Shown one piece after another: positions 8,269 through 15,693 of a stretch of 15,693 bases of DNA. Source of the DNA: a virus (Duplodnaviria; Heunggongvirae; Uroviricota; Caudoviricetes); IMG/VR virus record IMGVR_UViG_2778261355_000012, one strand, 5' to 3'. The notes beneath the pieces were generated by a model. It saw only the letters and a program-made list of their open reading frames with translations, had not been told where the DNA came from and ran no database searches. Position 1 is the first letter of the stretch. The number at the start of each line of letters is the position of its first letter. Made by a program: the position numbers and the translations under genes.

Positions 8269-8789
8269 GTATCCCCCTTTGCTGCCCGGCGCTGGCGCTT
8301 GTGCTTCTCATTCAGCACCATCAGCCGTGTTTCTGCCTCCTGCTGTTCCTGTGGTGTCACTTCCCCACATGGCTGGCCTTTCAGGTCGTAACGTGCGCCA
8401 CCAGCTATCAGGGCGCGGTAATAGCGCGGAGACTGCGCATAGGATGCCAGCGTCGCACGTAATACCCCCGACCCGAATGCCAGCCCCCTGACGGCGATAT
8501 CCTGCATCAGGTCGTCGAATATCCCCACCTTAAGCGGCTTCGGTGCTTTATGGCTGAATAAGTCAGGCCACATCTCAGTGAGGCGGTTAACGCGTCGGCG
8601 GTTTTTGCGCTGCCTTTTGGTCATATGCTGCCACGGTGTCGCCCCTGTGGGCTTCTGCTGTGCGTTCTGATTGCCGGGTATCACTTTATGCGCCGATGTG
8701 GTTTTATCCTGCTCTTGCGCCGCCTGCGTCGTTTTCTGCGGCGTGCCGTAAATGCCTTTCGGCTTCCGGTTAATGGTCAGCGTTGTCAT
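8259..8789 (-). CDS. ProQ/FinO-domain RNA-binding protein
   Basis: Residues ~70-155 (WPDLFSHKAPKPLKVGIFDDLMQDIA...VLRATLASYAQSPRYYRALIAGGARYDLKGQPCGEVTPQEQ) align by eye with the E. coli ProQ N-terminal domain (FPHCF...PLKIGIFQDL...[35 protein letters not shown]); basic, low-complexity N-terminus. Confidence 0.8.
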   Translation of the reverse strand: MTTLTINRKPKGIYGTPQKTTQAAQEQDKTTSAHKVIPGNQNAQQKPTGATPWQHMTKRQRKNRRRVNRLTEMWPDLFSHKAPKPLKVGIFDDLMQDIAVRGLAFGSGVLRATLASYAQSPRYYRALIAGGARYDLKGQPCGEVTPQEQQEAETRLMVLNEKHKRQRRAAKGDTCQ

Positions 8790-8825
8790 GCCTTCCCCTG
8801 TAATTACTCTGTTCGCTGTTGTGAA

Positions 8826-9251
8826 TTAAAACGGTATGTTATCCCCGTACGGGTCATCGTGCTGGCTTGTCTGTTGTTTTGCCCTGTTCAGTGCGTCAGT
8901 GGCCTGGCCCTGTTGACCTTTTTTGCCGCCCGGTCGCGCCGTTCGCGCACTGATTACGCTGTCTGCAATAACCTGCCAGCCCCGCTGCGTTTCCCCGTTC
9001 TGGCCTGTCCACTGGCTCACCTGCATGTTACCCGCCACGCTCACCAGTTCGCCTTTGTGGTGTTTTGCCAGTGCGTCGGCCTGTCTGCCAAACGCCAGGA
9101 CAGATAACCACATCGTCGCCGTTCCGTCATCTGCCTGGCTGCACGGCAGGGGAACCGCCATACTCGCCATCGCCATTTGTGTCCCTTTGCTGGTGGTCTT
9201 TAACTGCGGGTCAGCCACCAGCCGCCCGTAAGCCGCTATCTGTGCTGTCAT
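8826..9251 (-). CDS. single-stranded DNA-binding protein (SSB)
   Basis: 141 aa with OB-fold SSB pattern (GRLVADPQL...MWLSVLAFGRQA...KGELVSVAGNMQVSQWTGQNGETQRGWQV), Gly/Gln-rich linker and acidic tail ending DNIPF (canonical DDDIPF). Confidence 0.8.
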   Translation of the reverse strand: MTAQIAAYGRLVADPQLKTTSKGTQMAMASMAVPLPCSQADDGTATMWLSVLAFGRQADALAKHHKGELVSVAGNMQVSQWTGQNGETQRGWQVIADSVISARTARPGGKKGQQGQATDALNRAKQQTSQHDDPYGDNIPF

Positions 9252-9493
9252 GCTGTCTGCTCTCCGGTTTTAACGTTGATGGTTGTCACCTGTTCCGCTT
9301 CGGCAATCTCCCGTTCTGTCAGCGTGGCAAAGTTTGCTGCCGCCGTGGTCATGAATGCGCTTATCAGTTCGGGATGTGCTTTTGCGTACCCTTCTCCCGC
9401 GTTGCGGTCGATGATTTTTATCGCCACCCTCAGCCAGTGTTCTGTCAAATCAAGGGCGTGAGATTGTGGTTTTTTTGCGTGCTTCGTTGTCAC
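9248..9493 (-). CDS. hypothetical protein (81 aa, GTG start)
   Basis: GTG start with GAGGT RBS ~8 nt upstream; stop overlaps SSB start; no motif recognised. Confidence 0.45.
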   Translation of the reverse strand: MTTKHAKKPQSHALDLTEHWLRVAIKIIDRNAGEGYAKAHPELISAFMTTAAANFATLTEREIAEAEQVTTINVKTGEQTA

Positions 9494-9540
9494 AGGCTTT
9501 ACCTCACAGCAATAAAATAAAATTTTTGCATTTTAACCCT

Positions 9541-9770
9541 TCACCTGTTCACCTTTTGAGATTTTCCCTTTTTATTCATAATGTTAAGGGGTGAACAGTT
9601 TCACAAAAACTATTCACCAACTGTTCACCACTGTTCACCCTTAAAGCTCAATAAATAATCAAAAAGGTGAACAGTGAATAGTTTGGTGAACAGTTCACAA
9701 ATAACTGTTCACCCTATAATGTACTGATATAAAAGATATTTATCACAGGGTGAACAGTGGTGAACAGTTA
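9541..9770. repeat. iteron field: at least 9 perfect copies of TGTTCACC / GGTGAACA in both orientations plus variants, with an adjacent AT-rich tract; candidate replication origin
   Basis: Read directly: perfect octamers at ~9546, 9590, 9622, 9632, 9666, 9685, 9706, 9749, 9759; AT-rich tataatgtactgatataaaagatatttatc at ~9714-9743. The octamer is the one I recall as the phage P4 alpha-binding type I iteron. Confidence 0.8.
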
Positions 9771-9780
9771 TTCCATAAGT

Positions 9781-11595
9781 TTAATTTTTGCTGTCGTCAT
9801 TTGTGACCGATGCACATGATGGCATCCAGTCTTCTGAATCCTCTGTCAGTGTCACATTTGAACGCAAACCGTGCTTCGTTTTCCGTTTTATATACTCCCT
9901 GCCATATTCCGCCATTGCCCCCGGCATATCTTTACCGAAGCGCGTCAGTGTTACAGGTTTACCGAATCCGTGTGCCCTCATATATGCCAGATAGGCGTGA
10001 TAAAGATACCTGCGCGGACTGAACGGAATAATTTCGGCATTACCCACTAACAGACCATCACACATTACCGACGACATGAGATAGCCACAGAAGTCCACCA
10101 GCGAATCGCCCTCGCGTTTTATCACCAGAGCTTCTTCTGATTTCTGCTGCTCATACAGCAGGCGTTTAGCTTCGTCCTGGTCAGAAAAACGAGTAAGCAG
10201 ATGGCGAATCACAACCGCCAGCTCTCCTTCTATTTTTTCTGCCAGCATGGGGTCGCGCTCGTTCTCCGGTACAACCTCCGAAAAATTGAATATCACCCGA
10301 CGACGTGAGATCCCCCCGCTGCGGTCACTGAATGACATGGCGTTATTGTTCACCGCCAGCACGACCGCCTGAATGCGTGTTGAGTAGGGGGCTTTATGCT
10401 TCGGGTCGATTGCCACCTTGTCACCGCCTGTAATGGCCTTAATTCCTGCGCCATCACCAGCGTAGCGGGTCATATCCGGCATGATAATCAGCGAAAAGCC
10501 AACCACTAACGCGCGTTCCCTTGCATCTTCCAGCGCCTTCATGCTTGCCGATACTGTGTTGGCCTTACCCGCCAGCATGGTGCAAATCTCCGCCATCACG
10601 CTTTTACCACTTCCCCCTGGACCTGTTACCTCAATGAATAACTGCCAGTCGTACCGGTTCGCCAGCACCATGAATAATGCAGCCAGCACGCGATCCGTCT
10701 TGCGGTCATTCTCTGCCACCGAGCGGCGTAACCACTTCCAGAAATTCGGCGCATGTGTTGCCAGCGTTTCCCCCTCTGCTGGTGGGCTGAAAGGTAATTC
10801 ACTGGCAATTAACAACCAGTCGTTTTTGTTATGCTCCCGAAAATTACCTGTTCTGGTATCAAATACCCCGTTACTGAATCCAATCAGGTTACGGGCTGTA
10901 TTCCCCATTACAGGCAAACTTAACTTCATGGTATCGACCGCCGATTTAATGGCGTTCTGCGAATAGCTGATCTCCGCATCAATGAAAATCTGCGCCATAG
11001 CACGCTGTAACTCTTTATCCTGAATCGGCTCCCATACAACGCCGTTGTAATGGTGAACAGTGTCAGAGTCGGCATGAATCGCCAGTTCACCGCCATAATG
11101 TGCCAGGAGAACTTCGCCGCGCTGGCTTGCTCCCATCTGGTTAAGCGCCAGTGGTGCGGCGCTGTCTTCTGTTTTTTTCTTAACAGGAAGCTGAATCACC
11201 AGACCATCAGAAAGATTCTGGCGCTCACGGGCCAGATATTCGCGCCAGTTCTGCACCTCCTGGCCGTGCATACCCTCAGGATAAAAATTTGCATCCTGTA
11301 CGCCTGCCGCCGCCAGCTTCTGACCAATCGCCTTTATCATTACTGGCGCAAGATATCCGGCCCTGAATATGCGCACGGATTTTCTGCCTTCCGGCACAAT
11401 TTGCAGCTTATCCAGTTCGGATAACTGCTGCTCCCCAAGCCACACAGGAGGCTCATTATCTCCGGCCATACGCGCGTCATGTTCCTGCCATTGTTTTGCG
11501 TGTGACCAGGCATCACTACCCGCAAAAATAATGACTTCTGTTTCTTTGTGTTTTATGCCGCGTAACTGCTGTTTTACGTTCGGTGCCAGTTTCAT
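9781..11595 (-). CDS. replication initiator with primase/helicase-type NTPase domain (P4 alpha-like / D5-family)
   Basis: 604 aa; Walker A GPGGSGKS mid-protein; iteron field lies immediately 3' of the gene; start overlaps the upstream 95-aa ORF (ATGA). Confidence 0.8.
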   Translation of the reverse strand: MKLAPNVKQQLRGIKHKETEVIIFAGSDAWSHAKQWQEHDARMAGDNEPPVWLGEQQLSELDKLQIVPEGRKSVRIFRAGYLAPVMIKAIGQKLAAAGVQDANFYPEGMHGQEVQNWREYLARERQNLSDGLVIQLPVKKKTEDSAAPLALNQMGASQRGEVLLAHYGGELAIHADSDTVHHYNGVVWEPIQDKELQRAMAQIFIDAEISYSQNAIKSAVDTMKLSLPVMGNTARNLIGFSNGVFDTRTGNFREHNKNDWLLIASELPFSPPAEGETLATHAPNFWKWLRRSVAENDRKTDRVLAALFMVLANRYDWQLFIEVTGPGGSGKSVMAEICTMLAGKANTVSASMKALEDARERALVVGFSLIIMPDMTRYAGDGAGIKAITGGDKVAIDPKHKAPYSTRIQAVVLAVNNNAMSFSDRSGGISRRRVIFNFSEVVPENERDPMLAEKIEGELAVVIRHLLTRFSDQDEAKRLLYEQQKSEEALVIKREGDSLVDFCGYLMSSVMCDGLLVGNAEIIPFSPRRYLYHAYLAYMRAHGFGKPVTLTRFGKDMPGAMAEYGREYIKRKTKHGLRSNVTLTEDSEDWMPSCASVTNDDSKN

Positions 11596-11879
11596 TTTTT
11601 ACCCCCTGCGACCAGCATTTCACGAATTTTGCGGATATGACTTGCTGCACGTTTCTGATTTACGGCTTTACGATGGCCCACCAGCGTGAAATCACGCCGG
11701 AACTGATAAACAGGCATCACGCAGTCATATTCGTAGCCATCACGGCGGTAAGTGATGCGCCGTTCTGCCACGTCTTTTATCGTTACCGTGCCGCCATAGT
11801 TATCCCGGAAAATATCGCCGGGGCGGATTTCAGGCCGAGCGGGGCCGCTGGCAGTAAAGCCAGAAATTTTCTGTTTCAT
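11592..11879 (-). CDS. hypothetical protein (95 aa)
   Basis: Translationally coupled to the replication gene; no motif recognised. Confidence 0.5.
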   Translation of the reverse strand: MKQKISGFTASGPARPEIRPGDIFRDNYGGTVTIKDVAERRITYRRDGYEYDCVMPVYQFRRDFTLVGHRKAVNQKRAASHIRKIREMLVAGGKK

Positions 11880-11884
11880 GGTTT

Positions 11885-12112
11885 TTATTCCGCGTTTATT
11901 TTTTTATCGTGAATTTCGATCGCTTTATTTAATTCGACGATTACCGTATCGAGTAATGAAATAAACGCACCAGCAAGATTAGATTCACGCTCATCTTCCG
12001 GCGCATCACTTAAACCATCAAGCCAGATAAGAAATATTTGCCTCAAACATTCACTGTTAGTCAGTGCGTTTTCTGCATGGCTCATTGATTTAAAATAACG
12101 GTCATCATGCAT
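11885..12112 (-). CDS. hypothetical protein (75 aa)
   Basis: ATG overlaps the stop of the upstream 67-aa ORF (ATGCATGA); acidic; no motif recognised. Confidence 0.45.
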   Translation of the reverse strand: MHDDRYFKSMSHAENALTNSECLRQIFLIWLDGLSDAPEDERESNLAGAFISLLDTVIVELNKAIEIHDKKINAE

Positions 12113-12308
12113 GGCGCACCCCCTGACGAATACGGGCGGCGAATACCATCACGCAGTCATCAGGAGATTGCTGGCGTGCTTCCTGTTCGCTGGTGGCCTC
12201 AATGGTAATCACGCGCGGTTGTGCCGTGCTCAGGGCGATAAAACGCCAGATGTATTTATTCAGGTTGTACGAGTCCCGCCCTTGCGGGTGTCTGGTATAA
12301 TTTCTCAT
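12105..12308 (-). CDS. hypothetical protein (67 aa), first gene of the replication-side operon
   Basis: Track ORF 12105..13013 trimmed to ATG at 12308 with GAGGT RBS 5 nt upstream; the long N-terminal extension is Ser/Cys-rich and antisense to plus-strand genes. Confidence 0.45.
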   Translation of the reverse strand: MRNYTRHPQGRDSYNLNKYIWRFIALSTAQPRVITIEATSEQEARQQSPDDCVMVFAARIRQGVRHA

Positions 12309-12389
12309 AGCTACCTCGATACTCTCGTTATCGTTGGTGGTTAGACGCCCTGCATGTGTTGCGAGCACTGCGGGGCGTTGCTCTTTTAG

Positions 12390-12435
12390 GTGTATTTCAC
12401 CTTTGCTTTTTAATTTACTCACTGGTGAAATACAC
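12390..12435. promoter_or_regulatory. perfect 12-bp inverted repeat GTGTATTTCACC-N22-GGTGAAATACAC in a divergent promoter region (candidate operator)
   Basis: Read directly; lies in the ~190-bp gap between the minus-strand 67-aa gene start and the plus-strand 59-aa gene start; TATACT -10-like hexamer downstream at ~12466. Confidence 0.5.
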
Positions 12436-12501
12436 TTCAAGCCTTTTTTTATCATTTTTTTTGCGTATACTGACATACACCAATTTTTAGGAGATCCAGA
12501 A

Positions 12502-12681
12502 ATGGCAACTGGTGCAAAGAACGCAAAATCACAAATGACAACTGTCAGAATCCCACATGAAGTAATGGATGATATTGAGCAACTTAAAGAACCTGGCGAA
12601 AGTACCGCTGGTTTTTTAGTTACTGCCGCAAAAGGCGAGATCAAACGCCGCCAGCGTCGCAAGGCCAAAGAGCAGGAGTAA
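12502..12681 (+). CDS. small putative DNA-binding protein (59 aa, possibly ribbon-helix-helix-like)
   Basis: Track ORF 12334..12681 trimmed to ATG at 12502 with AGGAG RBS ~9 nt upstream; MATGAKNAKSQMTTVRIPHEVMDDIEQLKEPGE... then a basic tail; the RHH assignment is a weak guess. Confidence 0.5.
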   Translation: MATGAKNAKSQMTTVRIPHEVMDDIEQLKEPGESTAGFLVTAAKGEIKRRQRRKAKEQE

Positions 12682-12738
12682 CCATCACCAGCGCCGTGGT
12701 GTGAGTAACTACGGCGCATTGCTATGCAGGACAACACA

Positions 12739-12912
12739 ATGACCGATAAAGAATTGACCAAAACATTATCACCGGCACGGAAAAGACGGCGCAGAAAGAT
12801 AGAGCATGAATCAGAAAGATTCGCGCCATGTGCTTTTGCCCTTGAGCAATTCCTTAAAGAGCACAGGAAAAAGCTCTCGTTGCAAACCTTGGAACGAACC
12901 AAATCTGACTGA
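12739..12912 (+). CDS. hypothetical basic protein (57 aa; alternative start 12724)
   Basis: Follows the 59-aa gene on the same strand and is followed by a strong terminator; arginine-rich (ARKRRRRK). Confidence 0.4.
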   Translation: MTDKELTKTLSPARKRRRRKIEHESERFAPCAFALEQFLKEHRKKLSLQTLERTKSD

Positions 12913-12976
12913 TCACATTGCCCACCAGCCAGCAAATCACTATGATGTTCGGGCTTATGTTTAGTGTTTTCCCATT

Positions 12977-13008
12977 GGCGACCGCCCCCGGTCGCCTTTG
13001 TTTTATGT
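12977..13008 (+). terminator. rho-independent terminator after the plus-strand cassette
   Basis: GGCGACCG-cccc-CGGTCGCC perfect 8-bp GC stem followed by TTTGTTTT on the plus strand; prevents read-through antisense into alpA. Confidence 0.7.
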
Positions 13009-13022
13009 GTCATAACTCCCCC

Positions 13023-13307
13023 TTATGCAGCTTTCTTACCGTACGGATTATTGACTTTATCTACAGCAGGTGGGTTACGAACCCACCAAAGCACATCAGA
13101 GAGAAGCCACGCACAGCTATTGCGCCCGAAATGACAACGAGGCGGGAAACGCCCTTCATTTTCCATTTTGAAGCGAGTTGAGCGCGACAGACTGGTAATT
13201 TCCTGGCATTCCTTTTCACGGATACGGCGATCAAATTCAAAACCGTATTCTTCAAGAAGCGCCCGGCGTTGTTCTGGAGTTGGGGGAATGAATGTGGTTT
13301 TTGTCAT
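13023..13307 (-). CDS. alpA: AlpA-family transcriptional regulator (prophage CP4-57-type)
   Basis: Track ORF trimmed to ATG at 13307 with GGAGG RBS; HTH segment EITSLSRSTRFKMENEGRFPP...WLLSDVLWWV matches the AlpA pattern from memory. Confidence 0.8.
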   Translation of the reverse strand: MTKTTFIPPTPEQRRALLEEYGFEFDRRIREKECQEITSLSRSTRFKMENEGRFPPRCHFGRNSCAWLLSDVLWWVRNPPAVDKVNNPYGKKAA

Positions 13308-13389
13308 ATTGCCTCCACTGTATCTATGCTTGCGGAGGCTATTTTGCAATCTTTAATACTGGATTAAAACACAGTAGTAATCATAGAAA

Positions 13390-13422
13390 CATACTGATAA
13401 TGCTTATAAATATATCAGTATG
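13390..13422. promoter_or_regulatory. 10-bp inverted repeat CATACTGATA-N13-TATCAGTATG between the 309-aa gene and alpA
   Basis: Read directly; could be a weak AT-rich terminator for the 309-aa gene or an operator for the alpA promoter. Confidence 0.35.
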
Positions 13423-13444
13423 CTTAGGAGTATATGAGTAAGGC

Positions 13445-14374
13445 TTACTGCGATCTTTCACTCGGCCTCTTATGAGCATTACTTAAAATTGCTGCTATTT
13501 TTGTTTCTGTTTTTATTGGCAATTCACTATTAATGAACCAATCAGGTCTGGCGATCAACTCACGAGCCCAAGCAGAATAGTTAATCGTTCCATCGTTTTT
13601 TCTGCAGGTCTCATTAAAAGTATTTTGTTGCTCTTCTTTAAAACGCATAGCAACCATTAAAATTTGCTCTCGATTTCTTGCATGTCTTTCAGCAGAATGG
13701 TGCACAATTTCATTGCCATTCATCTTGTGAGGTTCTACAGATTCAAAATTATCTGTTAGCGTAAAATAATCGCCACCACAGTCAAGAAGTCGCCTTATAT
13801 CATGAGCGGTAATCCACAAGTCATTTATAGAAATATTATTCTTTAATATTTGATCGTCTTCTTCATCATAATCACTATCTTCACCAACCATTAAAAGTTG
13901 TACGGCAGGATTATCAGTTTCTGGATGACACGGGGTTAATTCAAAACCACTTAGGGAATACTCTCCAAAATTTTGTAGCTCTTCCAGCCCACTCCAAAGA
14001 CGCCACAATCCATAAGCCCTACCAATAGAGCTAAAGCATCCGTTTTCTGAGTCTTGACCGAATAAAGGCGCGTGTATAGTTTCATCTGTCTCCTCATTAT
14101 AATTGTATCTGAAAAGATGAAATCTGGAGTATTCCGTAATATTGTTCCCCATCAGTGATGTGGTCGATTTTGCATTTCTGGTATCAAACCAAGCAGTTGC
14201 AGACTCGCTATCAGTATTCATATATAAAACAGCGCGAGCATCAAATAAATTTAGGCATAAAGCTATTTTTTTAGTAACACCTAAATTCACGAGATCGCTA
14301 ATCTCGCAACCCAGCAATCTTGATGCACGTTCAATGTTGCAATACTGAAAAGGAATTTTAATGTCGTTAGCCAT
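13445..14374 (-). CDS. hypothetical protein (309 aa), AT-rich cargo gene between int and alpA
   Basis: Long clean ORF with GAGGG RBS 6 nt upstream; markedly lower GC than flanking genes (by eye); acidic central stretch EDSDYDEEDDQ; no domain recognised. Confidence 0.7.
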   Translation of the reverse strand: MANDIKIPFQYCNIERASRLLGCEISDLVNLGVTKKIALCLNLFDARAVLYMNTDSESATAWFDTRNAKSTTSLMGNNITEYSRFHLFRYNYNEETDETIHAPLFGQDSENGCFSSIGRAYGLWRLWSGLEELQNFGEYSLSGFELTPCHPETDNPAVQLLMVGEDSDYDEEDDQILKNNISINDLWITAHDIRRLLDCGGDYFTLTDNFESVEPHKMNGNEIVHHSAERHARNREQILMVAMRFKEEQQNTFNETCRKNDGTINYSAWARELIARPDWFINSELPIKTETKIAAILSNAHKRPSERSQ

Positions 14375-14472
14375 TGCGCTACCCTCAACGCCCTAAATAC
14401 TTTACGAGCCAGGCGGGTAGGGTTTCCCGCTTTTCGGTTGGCCGACCTATGCCCGTAATATCAGTTTAACCT

Positions 14473-15693
14473 CTATATCGATACAGGTAACAGCACCACA
14501 TTTTGATGATTACCCGCCAGAAGTTCTAATCGGCCATACCACTTATTCAACGCATCCATTTTCTCAGGTAAGTACAGACTACGGTTATAAATAGCCATCA
14601 CCCCCGGCAATGCATGACCAAGTAAAAGCTCTACAATATGTGGCGCAATACCCATATTATTTAAACCTGTAGAAAATGTTCTGCGCAAATCGTGAAGCGT
14701 CCATGGCTCATTATGATGAAAATCTTTGTATAGCCTACGCCCTTTAAGCGAAGCAGCCTGGCGGGAACGTTCTTCACCCAGTACAATTCCTGTTTTTCCC
14801 GTTTCCTTTTTTAGATCCTCAATCCATGGGCGAATGCCCTCTGGAATTGGACGAACTATTTTTTCACGAGTTTTGCTGTGTTCTTTAGGAACCGTCCAAA
14901 TCCATGACTGAAAATCCCATTCACTCCACCGGGATAATCTTACTTCCATTGTTCGCGCCCCAAACAGCACAAGCAACTTAAGCAGACGAAGATAATAAAA
15001 TTGCTGTTCATCGCTATAAGTACACCGCCATACATCAGCTAACTCACTATCTGACAGCACCCTATCACGCTGCCCCGATGGTTGCCCTACATCCTGGATT
15101 GTCATAAAAGCCAGGGCATCACATGAGGCATAACGGCGAACCTTGCAGAATCTTAAGGCCTGTTTACAAATCTGGAACATTCGCCCGGCAGTGATTGGCC
15201 TGGACTGGTTAATTTCATCAAAACATGCCACCCAGTGACGCGTTTCACACCGGGATAACGGATAGTGGCCAAGACGCGGATAAATATGCTTACGTAATTG
15301 CGCCCGCACCAGTTCCTCGTCACTACGTTTTTTTCTTGCGTAATGAATTAGCCAATATTCAAGGGCATCATGGACAGTTACGGGGTTAAGGTTTTCTTCT
15401 GCGCTAAGTTCTAATTCAAGTCGTGGATTCAGCCCGTCCGCATACCATTTTCGGCATAGTTCCCTCTTCTCCCTAGCCATTTTCAACGACATGTCAGGGT
15501 AACGCCCAAGAACAATGCGCTCTAACTTGCTCCCACGCCCACCAAGACGATAAGAGAAAACCCAACTAATGCATCCCATCATGGATACTTTGATGCTTAA
15601 TCCTTCACCATCCGCAATGGTAATTACTGAATCCCGCTTTACGCCGAGAAGCGATCTTAATTTTTTATCACTCAGTTTGTTTGTGCCAGCCAC
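14473..15693 (-). CDS. int: tyrosine integrase, P4-type (5' end at window edge)
   Basis: N-terminal P4-integrase-type arm-binding pattern (KLSDKKLRSLL...DGEGLSIKV...WVFSYRLGG...LGRYPDMSLKMAREKR); C-terminal catalytic signature HDLRRTF...LLGH...AIYNRSLY. First codon is GTG exactly at the edge, so it is either a GTG start or slightly truncated. Confidence 0.92.
   Translation of the reverse strand: MAGTNKLSDKKLRSLLGVKRDSVITIADGEGLSIKVSMMGCISWVFSYRLGGRGSKLERIVLGRYPDMSLKMAREKRELCRKWYADGLNPRLELELSAEENLNPVTVHDALEYWLIHYARKKRSDEELVRAQLRKHIYPRLGHYPLSRCETRHWVACFDEINQSRPITAGRMFQICKQALRFCKVRRYASCDALAFMTIQDVGQPSGQRDRVLSDSELADVWRCTYSDEQQFYYLRLLKLLVLFGARTMEVRLSRWSEWDFQSWIWTVPKEHSKTREKIVRPIPEGIRPWIEDLKKETGKTGIVLGEERSRQAASLKGRRLYKDFHHNEPWTLHDLRRTFSTGLNNMGIAPHIVELLLGHALPGVMAIYNRSLYLPEKMDALNKWYGRLELLAGNHQNVVLLPVSI

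Larger units (their letters stand above)
1139..15693. mobile_element. integrated tail-less phage satellite (capsid-forming PICI-like island); left boundary approximate, right att beyond window
   Basis: Contiguous int, alpA, replication protein with ori, and a full HK97-type head/packaging module, with no tail, baseplate or lysis genes; flanked on the left by the housekeeping gene hpt. Confidence 0.75.

Noticed and set aside
9541-9770. Possible CRISPR array because of dense short repeats
   Set aside because: Units are only 8 bp, occur in both orientations with irregular spacing and no unique spacers; the pattern fits replication iterons.
12105-13013. 302-aa minus-strand ORF spanning the regulatory region
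   Set aside because: The N-terminal 235 aa are Ser/Cys-rich, lack an RBS context, and run antisense through two plus-strand genes, an operator palindrome and a terminator. Only the C-terminal 67 aa (ATG at 12308 with GAGGT RBS) is called.
1139-15693. Classic P4 satellite
   Set aside because: Despite P4-type integrase and P4-like iterons, I saw no sid/psu/delta-like genes and no P2-type cos sequence by eye, and the element encodes its own HK97-type capsid and terminase, which P4 does not.
1139-15693. Intact temperate prophage
   Set aside because: Too small and lacking tail, baseplate, tape-measure and lysis genes; all ORFs in the element are accounted for.

Overview
Enterobacterial chromosome fragment (E. 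coli-type hpt at the left edge, minus strand) followed by a ~14.5 kb integrated element that I read as a tail-less, capsid-encoding phage satellite (cf-PICI-like). Almost all of its genes are on the minus strand. From the right edge inward: P4-type tyrosine integrase (runs to the window edge), an AT-rich 309-aa cargo gene, AlpA-family regulator, a small divergent plus-strand regulatory cassette with a palindromic operator and its own terminator, three coupled small ORFs, a Walker-A primase/helicase-type replication protein, a dense TGTTCACC iteron field (ori), a small ORF, SSB, a ProQ/FinO-domain protein, a small ORF and a terminator. Then comes a complete HK97-type head/packaging module in the order capsid, protease, portal, connector, HNH, TerS, TerL, a terminal 96-aa ORF, and a repeat array at the hpt-proximal junction. 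No tail, baseplate or lysis genes are present. The candidates for something undescribed are the 309-aa AT-rich gene next to int, the ProQ/FinO protein in the replication operon, and the small unassigned ORFs; none could be given a function from sequence alone. Coordinates of CDS come from the ORF track with starts trimmed to RBS-supported codons; hand-placed motif coordinates may be off by 1-2 bp. The att sites are not visible because the integrase abuts the window edge.
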